Counted from the first letter of the stretch, positions 1 through 7,911 are shown. The stretch: DNA of 32,216 nucleotides from a virus (IMGVR_UViG_3300037422_000683:1-32216), one strand, 5' to 3'. Made by a program: numbers and translations. Notes: a model not told the origin generated them from the sequence alone.

Positions 1-534
1 CTCGACGTCGCCCCCGTGGCGTGCGTGTCGCTGTGCAGCGACACGGAACTGCGCTGCCTGCACGCGATGTACGCGCACCCGCCCAAGCAGGTGCAGACCG
101 GCCTCGTCCAGGGCTACGCGACCCTCGCCGACATGCTCGTGGCGCTGCGCACGCTGCTCGACACGCGCGTCGCCCCCGACACGCAGCTCGTGGGGCACAA
201 CATCCTCGGCTTCGACCTGCGCCGGCTGCGCTGGTCGTACGTGCGCGAGGGCGTGCGGATGCCCGCGGCGCTCGTGGCGAAGGACCAGCCGGTCTACGAC
301 ACGATGCGCGAGTACACGCACCGCTTCTCCACCGACCGCGACCTGATGATCGCGCTCGACGAGCTGCTCAAGGAGTTCGGCCTGGAGAGCCACAAGGGCC
401 TCGTGTCGGGCGCGGACGTGCCGCGCTTGATCGCCGAGGGACAGCACGACCTGATCGTGCAGTACGCCCTGCTCGACGTGCTGGCCGAGCGGGACCTGTA
501 CCTGCGCATGACCGGCCAGCACGGAACGATCTAG
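1..534 (+). CDS. 3'-5' exonuclease, PolB-exo/RNase H-fold type (5' end truncated by window edge)
   Basis: Frame open from base 1; ExoII-like LVGHNILGFDL, YDTM, and ExoIII-like YALLDV motifs. Confidence 0.8.
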   Translation, partial: LDVAPVACVSLCSDTELRCLHAMYAHPPKQVQTGLVQGYATLADMLVALRTLLDTRVAPDTQLVGHNILGFDLRRLRWSYVREGVRMPAALVAKDQPVYDTMREYTHRFSTDRDLMIALDELLKEFGLESHKGLVSGADVPRLIAEGQHDLIVQYALLDVLAERDLYLRMTGQHGTI

Positions 535-605
535 GCGGGGACGGGCCTCTGCCAGTTAGCCGGGCGCCGCTCGGCTGTGGAGACCCGGAGCACCCCGTCC
601 CCGCC
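534..605 (+). other. Long irregular intergenic RNA hairpin
   Basis: GGCGGGGACGGG (534-545) is the exact reverse complement of CCCGTCCCCGCC (594-605); inner stem AGCCGGGC/GCTCGGCT (558-576); ends 4 nt before GGAGG RBS at 610. Confidence 0.55.
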
Positions 606-620
606 GCTTGGAGGAACGAC

Positions 621-776
621 ATGGAGCAGAAGGAGACGACGCAGGACCCCGACCCGGCGCTCGAGGCGCTGCGGAAGATCGGGCTCGTCCTGCGGGGGCT
701 GACCGACGTGGACCGCGGGCGCGTGCTCGCGGCGCTCGGCGGCCTCTACCCCCAGAAGGGGGCGCAGCAGGGATGA
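621..776 (+). CDS. Hypothetical protein, 51 aa (MEQKETTQDPDPALEALRKIGLVL...)
   Basis: GGAGG RBS at 610-614, ATG 621, stop overlaps next ATG (ATGA). Confidence 0.7.
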   Translation: MEQKETTQDPDPALEALRKIGLVLRGLTDVDRGRVLAALGGLYPQKGAQQG

Positions 777-1312
777 GCAAGCACCGCAAGAGGACGGAGC
801 CGAAGTCGGCGACGCGGGCGAGCGGCAAGCGGTCGCTCGCCGAGGCGGAAGAGCGCGCGAAGGCGGCGGCGAAGACGCCCGCCGAGAAGCGCGCGGCGGC
901 GGCCGGCAACCTGCCGGCGAAGAGCAAGGAGGCCAAGGCGCTCGCGGCGAAGGCGCCGCCCCCGCCGCCCGTGCGGCGGCCGGCCACGCTGCAGGACGCG
1001 TGGCGGGAGGCCGACGACCTCACGCGCAGGATCGGCGAGCAGTACGTGCACCTCGGCAAGCTCGACGTCGAGATCAAGGCGCTGAAGAAGCGCCGCGACG
1101 CGACGGACGAGCAGAAGGAGGCGCTCGTGCGCCAGCTGCTGGATCTGCACGGCGACATGCGCAGCGGGCAGGGCCGCCTGGAGTTCAAGCCCGAGACGTC
1201 GACCGCCGCCGGGCCGGTCGCGCCCGTGAAGCCGCCGGAGCCGGTGAAGGGCGACGCGCCCAAGCCGGACGCGCCGAAGGGCGAGACCAAGAAGGACGAC
1301 AAAGCGGCCTAG
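773..1312 (+). CDS. Lys/Ala/Pro-rich coiled-coil hypothetical protein, 179 aa
   Basis: ATGA coupling to upstream gene; high GC3 codon pattern; central helical segment ending GQGRLEF. Confidence 0.75.
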   Translation: MSKHRKRTEPKSATRASGKRSLAEAEERAKAAAKTPAEKRAAAAGNLPAKSKEAKALAAKAPPPPPVRRPATLQDAWREADDLTRRIGEQYVHLGKLDVEIKALKKRRDATDEQKEALVRQLLDLHGDMRSGQGRLEFKPETSTAAGPVAPVKPPEPVKGDAPKPDAPKGETKKDDKAA

Positions 1313-1323
1313 CCGCCGGGCGC

Positions 1324-1349
1324 GCGCGGGGCCCTTCGGGGCTCCGCGC
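1324..1349 (+). other. 11-bp GC hairpin with cUUCGg tetraloop, no U-tract
   Basis: GCGCGGGGCCC-TTCG-GGGCTCCGCGC between the stop at 1312 and the RBS of the next gene. Confidence 0.6.
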
Positions 1350-1374
1350 CGCCTGCATCGAGGGAGGGTTCACG

Positions 1375-2334
1375 GTGAGCGCGCAGACTTCGATCGAGTG
1401 GACCGACCGCACGTGGAACCCGGTGCGTGGGTGCTCGGTCGTCAGCGCCGGCTGCAAGAACTGCTACGCGATGAAGGTCGCCGCGCGCTTCAGCGGCCCC
1501 GGCCTGGCGTACGAGGGGCTCGCGCTGCCCTCGCCTGCGCGCTGGACGGGGAAGGTCCAGCTCGTCGAGCAGGACCTGGAGGCCCCGTCGCACTGGCGCA
1601 AGCCGCAGCGCATCTTCGTCAACAGCATGAGCGACCTCTTCCACGAGGAGCTCGCGTTCGAGCAGATCGCCGACGTCTTCCGTGTCATGGCCTACCCGGA
1701 GTGCGATCGGCACACGTTTCAGGTCCTGACGAAGCGCCCGCAGCGGATGTTGGACTTCTTCGCCTGGGCCGAGAAGCAACCCCATGTGGCGCCGTGGCCC
1801 GACGGCGGCGTGGTGCTCCGCAACGTGTGGCTCGGCGTGAGCGTCGAGGACCAGCGCGCCGCGGACGAGCGGATCCCGCTCCTGCTCCAGACGCCGGCCG
1901 CCCTGCGGTTCCTCAGCGTCGAGCCCTTGCTCGGGCCGGTTGACCTCGCCCCGTTCCTCCACCCCTGCTACCGCGCGCTGTTCGGTGACCTCCACTGGGT
2001 GATCGTCGGCGGGGAGAGCGGGCCCGGCGCGCGGCCGTGCGACGCCTCGTGGGTGCGCGGAGTGGTGGAGCAGTGCAGCCAGGCGAAGGTGCCCGTGTTC
2101 GTCAAGCAGCTGGGCGCCAACGTGCGCGACCGCAACGACGCGGGATTCGACGGAGACGAGCCGTCTCACTGGCCGCCCACCCACGTGCTCGACGTGGAGC
2201 ACGATCTCGACGGCACGCGCGACGGGTACCAGGGCGCACCCGTCCGCGTCCACCTGGGCGACCAGAAGGGAGGCGATCCCGTCGAGTGGCCCGAGGACCT
2301 GCGCGTTCGGGATTTCCCCGAGACGGTCGCGTGA
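1375..2334 (+). CDS. Phage Gp37/Gp68 family protein (DUF5131; radical-SAM-like fold)
   Basis: Family signatures IEWTDRTWNPVRGC-x5-GCKNCYA, IFVNSMSDLFHE, HTFQVLTKRP, NVWLGVSVEDQ, RFLSVEPLLGPV, WVIVGGESG, FVKQLG; GGGAGGG RBS, GTG start. Confidence 0.93.
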   Translation: MSAQTSIEWTDRTWNPVRGCSVVSAGCKNCYAMKVAARFSGPGLAYEGLALPSPARWTGKVQLVEQDLEAPSHWRKPQRIFVNSMSDLFHEELAFEQIADVFRVMAYPECDRHTFQVLTKRPQRMLDFFAWAEKQPHVAPWPDGGVVLRNVWLGVSVEDQRAADERIPLLLQTPAALRFLSVEPLLGPVDLAPFLHPCYRALFGDLHWVIVGGESGPGARPCDASWVRGVVEQCSQAKVPVFVKQLGANVRDRNDAGFDGDEPSHWPPTHVLDVEHDLDGTRDGYQGAPVRVHLGDQKGGDPVEWPEDLRVRDFPETVA

Positions 2335-2723
2335 TCGACTTCCCCGATCAGCCGCTGCTCGGCCTGCGGGCGCCCGAGGACTTGCGGCCTCCGGTCGATC
2401 CTCGCACCCTGCGGCGCGTGGACGGGGCGCCACTGCCGCGCGACCAGCGCTGGTGCGACGTCGCGCTCGTCGTCGCGCTCGAGATCGCGGACCGCAACGG
2501 CGTGGTCTGGCCCGACGAGCTCACCGAGACCATGAAGGCGCGCGGGCACGTGCTCCCGCTCGGCCAGAAGGTGTCGTCGTTCTGGGCGTGGGCTGCGCAC
2601 CACGGCCTCCGGCAGACTTCGCAGCGTCGCATGTCGCGCGACGTCGACCGCAACGGCTCCAAGATCTTCGGTTGGGAGCGCGACCCGGCCTACGTGCCGG
2701 CGCGCGTGGAGGACGCACGGTGA
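2331..2723 (+). CDS. Hypothetical protein, 130 aa
   Basis: GTGA-coupled on both sides; coding-like codon bias. Confidence 0.7.
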   Translation: MIDFPDQPLLGLRAPEDLRPPVDPRTLRRVDGAPLPRDQRWCDVALVVALEIADRNGVVWPDELTETMKARGHVLPLGQKVSSFWAWAAHHGLRQTSQRRMSRDVDRNGSKIFGWERDPAYVPARVEDAR

Positions 2724-4471
2724 CCGGACTCCGCGTCGCGCCCAAGCTCGTCCTGCCCGTCGATGCGGTCACCGAGACGTTCGCCGTCCTCGGCCGGCGC
2801 GGCTCGGGGAAGACGTACACGGCCGGCGTGCTCGTCGAAGAGCTGCTCGACGCGGGGCACCAGGTCGTCATCATCGACCCGCTGGACGTGTGGTGGGGGC
2901 TCCGCGCCTCCGCCGACGGACGGGGCGACGGCTACCCCGTCACGATCTTCGGGGGGCAGAAGCAGGACGCGCCCCTCGTCGAGACCGCCGGCGCCCTGCT
3001 GGCCGACGTCGTGATCGAGCACGGCGTCTCGGCGATCTTCAGCCTGCGCCACCTGTCGAAGAGCGCGGCGCGGCGGTTCGTCGGCGACCTGGCTGAGAGG
3101 CTGTACGAGCGGAAGGGCGACACGCGCTTTCGCACGCCGCTCCACCTGGTCGTCGATGAGGCCGACGCGTTCGTGGGGCAGCGCATCGAGAGCGGGGGGG
3201 AGCGCTGCTACGGCGCCATCGACACGATCGTGCGGCGTGGCCGCTCGAGTGGATTCGGCACGACGCTGATCTCGCAGCGCCCCGCGGTGATCGCGAAGGA
3301 CGTGCTTACGCAGACCGAGGTGCTCGTCGCGCATCAGACGACGGGCCCCCAGGACCGGAAGGCCCTGGAGGCGTGGATCGAGGCGCACGACACCGAGGGG
3401 CGGAAGGGTGACTTCCTCACGTCGCTCGCCGGCCTCTCACGCGGCACGGCGTGGTTCTGGAGTCCGGGGCTGCTCGACCTGTTCGTGAAGGTCGCGGTCC
3501 GCGAGAAGCGCACCTTCGACAGCAGCCAGACTCCGCGAGGCGGCGCGAGGCCGCCTGAGCCGAAGCGCATGACCGCCGTTGACTTGAAGGCGCTGGAGAG
3601 TCGCATCCAGGCTACGGTCGAGCAGGCCAAGGCGAACGATCCCAAGGCCCTGCGCGCTGATGTGGTACGGCTGAAGGCCGAGCTCGCGAAGCGGCCGACG
3701 GCGCCCGCCACAGTCCCCAAGGTGGTCGAGCGGCCAGTCCTGAAGGACGGCCATGTGAAGCGCATGGAGGCGGTGGTCCAGCGTCTGGCCGAGGTCAGCG
3801 CGACCGTGGCGGAGGTTGTGCGTGCGATCGCCGAGCCCCTCGCGGCGCTCCAGGGCCGCGCCGTCGCGCCCGTCGCCGCGCCGCGCGCCGCGCCCGCGCG
3901 CTCGCAGCCGGCCCCTGCGCCGCGCCGCAGCGACAGCCTCGCGGCTCGGGGGCCGCTCAACGGCGACGCTGGCGATCTCACGGGGCCCGAGCAGCGCATC
4001 CTGGACGCAGCCGCGTGGCTCGAGAACACGCTTGGGGCCACTGACCACGAGGAGACGGCCGTCGCCTTCATGGCCGGCTACACGGTGGGCGGCGGAGCCT
4101 TCAACAACCCCCGCGGCGCGCTGCGCACGCGAGGGCTCATCTCCTACCCGGGCCCCGGCCGCATCGCGCTCACCGCTACCGGGCGTGCTCGCGCTAGGCC
4201 CCCCGAAGCGGCTGCCACACCCCAGGACCTCCAGGCTCGCGTGCTCGAACGCCTGCCTGGTCCCGAGCAGAAGCTGCTGAAGGTCCTGCTGGATGCCTAC
4301 CCGGACGCCGTCACCAACGAGGACCTGGCGCAGAAGACGGGATACTCGCCGGACGGCGGCGCCTTCAACAACCCGCGTGGCAGGCTGCGCACGCTGGGGC
4401 TGCTGACGTACCCGGATCGCGGCATGGTCCGCGCCGCGCCCGTTCTGTTCCTGGAAGGAGCGCGCTCGTGA
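2720..4471 (+). CDS. HerA/FtsK-superfamily (DUF87-like) P-loop ATPase with coiled-coil linker and two C-terminal winged-helix-like repeats
   Basis: Walker A GRRGSGKT, IIDPLD, Walker B LVVDEAD, RRGRSSG arginine motif, LISQRPA; duplicated GPEQ...GY...GGAFNNPRG.LR..GL..YP module. Confidence 0.85.
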   Translation: MTGLRVAPKLVLPVDAVTETFAVLGRRGSGKTYTAGVLVEELLDAGHQVVIIDPLDVWWGLRASADGRGDGYPVTIFGGQKQDAPLVETAGALLADVVIEHGVSAIFSLRHLSKSAARRFVGDLAERLYERKGDTRFRTPLHLVVDEADAFVGQRIESGGERCYGAIDTIVRRGRSSGFGTTLISQRPAVIAKDVLTQTEVLVAHQTTGPQDRKALEAWIEAHDTEGRKGDFLTSLAGLSRGTAWFWSPGLLDLFVKVAVREKRTFDSSQTPRGGARPPEPKRMTAVDLKALESRIQATVEQAKANDPKALRADVVRLKAELAKRPTAPATVPKVVERPVLKDGHVKRMEAVVQRLAEVSATVAEVVRAIAEPLAALQGRAVAPVAAPRAAPARSQPAPAPRRSDSLAARGPLNGDAGDLTGPEQRILDAAAWLENTLGATDHEETAVAFMAGYTVGGGAFNNPRGALRTRGLISYPGPGRIALTATGRARARPPEAAATPQDLQARVLERLPGPEQKLLKVLLDAYPDAVTNEDLAQKTGYSPDGGAFNNPRGRLRTLGLLTYPDRGMVRAAPVLFLEGARS

Positions 4472-4689
4472 GCAGCGCCTTCGACCGTGCCTGGAATCGC
4501 GAGTGCGTGCTGGCGCGCGCGACGGTCATCCTGAACCAGCACCTGGACCGCGGCGTCTCGCACAACCTGCTCGCGAGCATGCGCGCCTTCCAGGTCCTCG
4601 TCGGCCGCATGCCCACAGAGCCCGAGGTGCTCAAGGGCGCCGACTTCCTGCGCCTCTTGGCCCAGCGGCTCGCAGAGGACGTCGCCTGA
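4468..4689 (+). CDS. Hypothetical protein, 73 aa
   Basis: AAGGAG RBS, GTGA overlap upstream, TGATG overlap downstream. Confidence 0.65.
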   Translation: MSSAFDRAWNRECVLARATVILNQHLDRGVSHNLLASMRAFQVLVGRMPTEPEVLKGADFLRLLAQRLAEDVA

Positions 4690-5126
4690 TGGTCGCCCTC
4701 AAGCCCTCCACCGCAAGCGCGCTGCGCGAGGTGCGCGTCGTGGTGCCCGGCGACCCCGTGCCGTGGGCACGCGCAGGCCGCGGGCTCGGCCGCACGTTCA
4801 CGCCCGACCGTCAGCGCGCGTACGGCGCCCGCGCGCGCGCCTGCATGGCGCTGGCGATGCGTGGAGCCGCGCCGCTCGTCGGGCCGCTGTTCCTCGAGGT
4901 CGTGGCAGTGTGGTCGCGACCGCGCGATCTCCGCGGCGTGGAGCGCGTCTGGCGTCCCGCGCGCCCGGACTGGGACAACGCGGGCAAGCTGCTGAGCGAC
5001 GTCGCCAACGAGATTCTCTGGGCCGACGACGCCCAGGTCGTGGACGGCCGGGTGCTGAAGGTCTACGCGGCCGCGAACGAGACGGCGCACGTCGAGATCG
5101 TCGTGCGCGAGCTGGGAGGTTCCTGA
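4689..5126 (+). CDS. rusA: RusA-family Holliday junction resolvase
   Basis: VPGDPVPWARA N-terminus and RPDWDNAGKLLSDVANEILWADDAQVVD catalytic motif. Confidence 0.9.
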   Translation: MVALKPSTASALREVRVVVPGDPVPWARAGRGLGRTFTPDRQRAYGARARACMALAMRGAAPLVGPLFLEVVAVWSRPRDLRGVERVWRPARPDWDNAGKLLSDVANEILWADDAQVVDGRVLKVYAAANETAHVEIVVRELGGS

Positions 5127-5356
5127 TGGCCACGACTTTCACGCACAAGTGCTACGCGGCAGAGTGCCCGTACGTGCTCCCCGCGAACCTCCTCATGTGC
5201 AAGAGGCACTGGTTCCTGGTCCCGCAGGGGATTCGCAACCGGGTGTGGGCGCTCTATCGCGCCGGCAAGGAGGGCACGGTTGAACACCGAGCGGCGTGCC
5301 AGGCAGCGCGGGAAGCCGTCGCGCGCATCACCGGAAAGGACGTCTCCAAGCCGTGA
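5126..5356 (+). CDS. Small Cys/His (probable Zn-binding) phage protein, 76 aa
   Basis: HKC-x4-CP...LMCKRHW motif; GGAGG RBS; TGATG overlap. Confidence 0.75.
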   Translation: MATTFTHKCYAAECPYVLPANLLMCKRHWFLVPQGIRNRVWALYRAGKEGTVEHRAACQAAREAVARITGKDVSKP

Positions 5357-5414
5357 GCGCTAAGAGCCCCATCGAGCGGCCCGACCGCACGACGCCGACC
5401 GAGCGGAGTGCGCT

Positions 5415-5624
5415 TCAGTGGCGCTCGTCCTTCACAGGCCTAGAGCCTCGCCAGACCGCCATCACAACGCCGACGAGTATCAGGACCAGGGCGAGCGCGG
5501 GGTCTTCGGTCCAGAGCTTCACCGGCCCCACGTCAAGTCCCGTGCGTGCACGCGGCACGACGATCACGTGCGATGTCTGGCACGCAGCGAGTGGGGCGGC
5601 GAGCAGGATCAGGAGGGCACGCAT
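5415..5624 (-). CDS. Small lipoprotein with C-terminal transmembrane helix (moron), 69 aa
   Basis: MRALLILLAAPLAAC signal peptide II with lipobox LAAC; TM segment PALALVLILVGVVMAVW; own promoter. Confidence 0.7.
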   Translation of the reverse strand: MRALLILLAAPLAACQTSHVIVVPRARTGLDVGPVKLWTEDPALALVLILVGVVMAVWRGSRPVKDERH

Positions 5625-5632
5625 CGCCGCCG

Positions 5633-5662
5633 ATCGTGTCCCGGCCAACCGCTGGCCGTCAA
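5633..5662 (-). promoter_or_regulatory. Sigma70-type promoter for the lipoprotein moron (leaderless or near-leaderless)
   Basis: Minus strand TTGACG (5662-5657) - 18 nt - CACGAT (5638-5633) - 8 nt - ATG; no SD sequence. Confidence 0.6.
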
Positions 5663-5750
5663 GTGGGAACGACCCGAAACGTGGCGACCCGGCCGAGCGG
5701 CCCGAAGAACTGCGCGCGCGGGAGTTCCACGCGTCCGCGACAGGAGGTGC

Positions 5751-6041
5751 ATGATGTGGCCCTTCAGGCGCAAGGCCTGCGCGCTGAGGCGCGCAGCGCT
5801 CATCGCGTACCGGTACGCGCGCCCGTGGTGTCGCCCGTTCGACGCCATCGTGTGCGGCGCGAGGATGCTCCCGTCCGACGACGGCGCCTGGCTCATTCGC
5901 TTGCGCGAGGACACCCTGTTCTCGCCCTACGTCCACCACGTCACGGTCAGCCTGCGGGGTGAGATCATCGGCCACGACTCGTGGCAGTTTGGCTCCGCAC
6001 CGGAGTGGCGGGCGCGGGCCGTCGCGAAGGTAGGCGCATGA
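5751..6041 (+). CDS. Hypothetical protein, 96 aa (MMWPFRRK...)
   Basis: Strong AGGAGG RBS; ATGA overlaps on both sides. Confidence 0.7.
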   Translation: MMWPFRRKACALRRAALIAYRYARPWCRPFDAIVCGARMLPSDDGAWLIRLREDTLFSPYVHHVTVSLRGEIIGHDSWQFGSAPEWRARAVAKVGA

Positions 6042-6634
6042 AGGGCACGACCGTCTTCTTCGACCTGGAGACCGGGGGCGTCGAGCCCCACCACCCCAAC
6101 ATCCAAGTCGCGGCGATCGCCGTGCGCGACTGGAAGGAGATCGACGCCTACGAGGCCAAGGTCGCCTTCGACCCGAAGGCGTGCGACCCCGAGGCACTCA
6201 AGGTCAACGGCTACACGCCGGAGGCGTGGCTGAAGGCCGTCTCCGAGGCTCAGGCGGCGAGCGGCTTCGCGGAGTTCTGTCGCAAGCACGCCGACGTGAC
6301 CATGACGTCCAAGCGCACGGGCCGGCCCTACAAGGTCGCCCGGCTCGCCGGGCACAACGTCGTGGCGTTCGACGTCCCCCGCGCTCGAGCGATGATGGAA
6401 CGCGCCGGCGGGCTTTTCTGGCCCGCGTGCTGGTGGTACGCGCTGGACACGTACCAGCGCGCGATCTGGCACTTCGCGGAGCTCGGTGGCGCGGAGCCCG
6501 AGAACTACCAGCTCCAGACGCTGGCTCGGTACCTGCGCATCGAGGCCCAGGGTGCCGCGCACGAGGCGCTCGCGGACGTCCGGCTCTGCGCGCGCATCGC
6601 GCAGGCCCTCGGCCCGAGCGGATCGCTCCTGTGA
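6038..6634 (+). CDS. DEDDh 3'-5' exonuclease (DnaQ/RNase T-like)
   Basis: ExoI FFDLETGG, ExoII LAGHNVVAFDV, LDT, ExoIII AHEALADV; ALKVNG motif. Confidence 0.92.
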   Translation: MKGTTVFFDLETGGVEPHHPNIQVAAIAVRDWKEIDAYEAKVAFDPKACDPEALKVNGYTPEAWLKAVSEAQAASGFAEFCRKHADVTMTSKRTGRPYKVARLAGHNVVAFDVPRARAMMERAGGLFWPACWWYALDTYQRAIWHFAELGGAEPENYQLQTLARYLRIEAQGAAHEALADVRLCARIAQALGPSGSLL

Positions 6635-6771
6635 CCCCGGCGTCGCAGCGGGCGGCTGGGCATGAAGCGGACGAGGGACACGAACTCGACACACCTACTT
6701 GGGTCGTGAGGATGCGCGCAGTGGCCGCGAGCCGCGGCCAGCACCGCGCGCGCGGAACGGAGGCGAACTGA
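6631..6771 (+). CDS. Possible 46-aa linker ORF
   Basis: GTGA overlap with exonuclease stop and TGATG overlap with next gene, but weak codon bias. Confidence 0.3.
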   Translation: MTPASQRAAGHEADEGHELDTPTWVVRMRAVAASRGQHRARGTEAN

Positions 6772-7817
6772 TGGGCAGGCACGCTGGAGCTTGGTCGAAG
6801 CACTTCCCCGCGATCTGGGACCACGAGAACACGGCGGCGGCCTCCGCCGAGCTCGTGGCGGCCGGCGTGCCGCCCGAGTACGCGCCGCTCGTCGTCGTGG
6901 GAGCCGTGCTGCGCATCGCATCCTGGGCCCTTGCAGACGGCGAGACGGGCGAGACCACGAACCTCACCGACGCGCGCCTGGGCGGGCTCGCGTGGCCCGA
7001 GGCGGTCGAGTCCAAGCGCTTCGCCGCGCCGGTGAAGGTCGGGCGCCTGCTGCGCGCCAGCCTGCGCAAGGCCGGCTACCTGGACCACGACGGCTCCAGG
7101 GAGTGGGTCCACAACTTCCCCGAGATCTACTTCGAGGTCATCAACCGCCGGCAGAAGGACCGGAACCTCCCCCTGCTGACGCGCGAGATTCTCCGTGGAA
7201 ACCGCCGCGGAACCTCCAGCGTTTCTCCGGAGTTTCTCGGTGGTTTCTTGCATCCCTCCGGAAGCGGCAGCGGAAGCGGAAGCGGCAGCGGCAGCGTAGG
7301 GGCGGCTGCGGCGGTGGATCCCTCTGCCTCGGAGCCGGAGCCCGTGGCCGCGGTCCGTGCCGCGCTTCGGTGGGCGGGCCGGGCGGCGCCGATCGAGCAG
7401 GCGCTCGACGATCTCGCGGCGGCCGGGATCGGCGCGGAGGCCGTTCCTGGCCTGCTGGCGGCCCACGGCGGGGTCGGCGTGAAGCCGCTCTCGTGGCGGG
7501 ACGCGGTCCTGGAGGCCCACCACAAGGGCGCTGCGCAGGCCCGCAAGGCGCCCGAGGGCGGCTGGCCGCAGCCGTGCGGCACCTGCCGCTCGGCCGGCGC
7601 GGAGCCGCGTCCGGCCTGGGGTCGTGACGGTCTCGGGGGCGTGGCGTGCTCGCTGCACGGCGGCCCGAAGGCGCCCGCCGGCACGTCCGACGATCGCGGC
7701 TACGCGCGTACCGAGGGCTCGCCGACCACCGCGGCGTGCTCGCCGCGCGCGCCGGCGCGGCTCGTCGTCGGGCCGCCTGGCGCGCGGCGACGCACCGTCG
7801 CTGACGAGCCGTGGTGA
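6771..7817 (+). CDS. Putative phage replication initiator / replisome organiser
   Basis: GGAGG RBS; N-terminal WSKHFPAIWDH...LRKAGYLD...WVHNF domain as in lambda-O-like phage initiators; low-complexity (SG)n linker; internal iteron-like repeats; C-terminal CxxC...CxxH. Confidence 0.6.
   Translation: MGRHAGAWSKHFPAIWDHENTAAASAELVAAGVPPEYAPLVVVGAVLRIASWALADGETGETTNLTDARLGGLAWPEAVESKRFAAPVKVGRLLRASLRKAGYLDHDGSREWVHNFPEIYFEVINRRQKDRNLPLLTREILRGNRRGTSSVSPEFLGGFLHPSGSGSGSGSGSGSVGAAAAVDPSASEPEPVAAVRAALRWAGRAAPIEQALDDLAAAGIGAEAVPGLLAAHGGVGVKPLSWRDAVLEAHHKGAAQARKAPEGGWPQPCGTCRSAGAEPRPAWGRDGLGGVACSLHGGPKAPAGTSDDRGYARTEGSPTTAACSPRAPARLVVGPPGARRRTVADEPW
7221..7253 (+). repeat. Three 11-bp-periodic GTTTCT direct repeats (iteron-like), candidate replication origin
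   Basis: GTTTCTCCGGA / GTTTCTCGGTG / GTTTCTTGCAT, with related TTCTCCGTGG (7189) and inverted GGAAAC (7197); locally T-rich. Confidence 0.5.
7260..7295 (+). repeat. Hexamer tandem repeat (GGMAGC)x6 encoding a Gly-Ser linker
   Basis: GGAAGC GGCAGC GGAAGC GGAAGC GGCAGC GGCAGC read directly. Confidence 0.9.
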
Positions 7818-7911
7818 CGATCCGCAGCACGCGGAGGCGCCCGCTCAACGCGCTCGCTGGGCGCGCGCCGCTCGTGGTGTTCGCAGCTACGGCGCGAGCC
7901 TTGGCGCGACG

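Larger units (their letters stand above)
5353..5754 (+). pseudogene. Remnant of a second Gp37/Gp68 gene: only N- and C-terminal ends remain, middle replaced by an antisense moron
   Basis: VSAKSPIERPDRT resembles VSAQTSIEWTDRT (1375); DPKRGDPAERPEELRAREF resembles DQKGGDPVEWPEDLRVRDF (about 2260-2316); similarity visible at DNA level. Confidence 0.75.

Noticed and set aside
534-605. tRNA gene
   Set aside because: Length is similar but there is no cloverleaf, T-loop GTTCRA or D-loop consensus
5296-5754. 152-aa plus-strand ORF as a normal functional gene
   Set aside because: Ser/Thr/Arg-rich antisense-like middle; only the ends resemble Gp37/Gp68, so treated as a remnant
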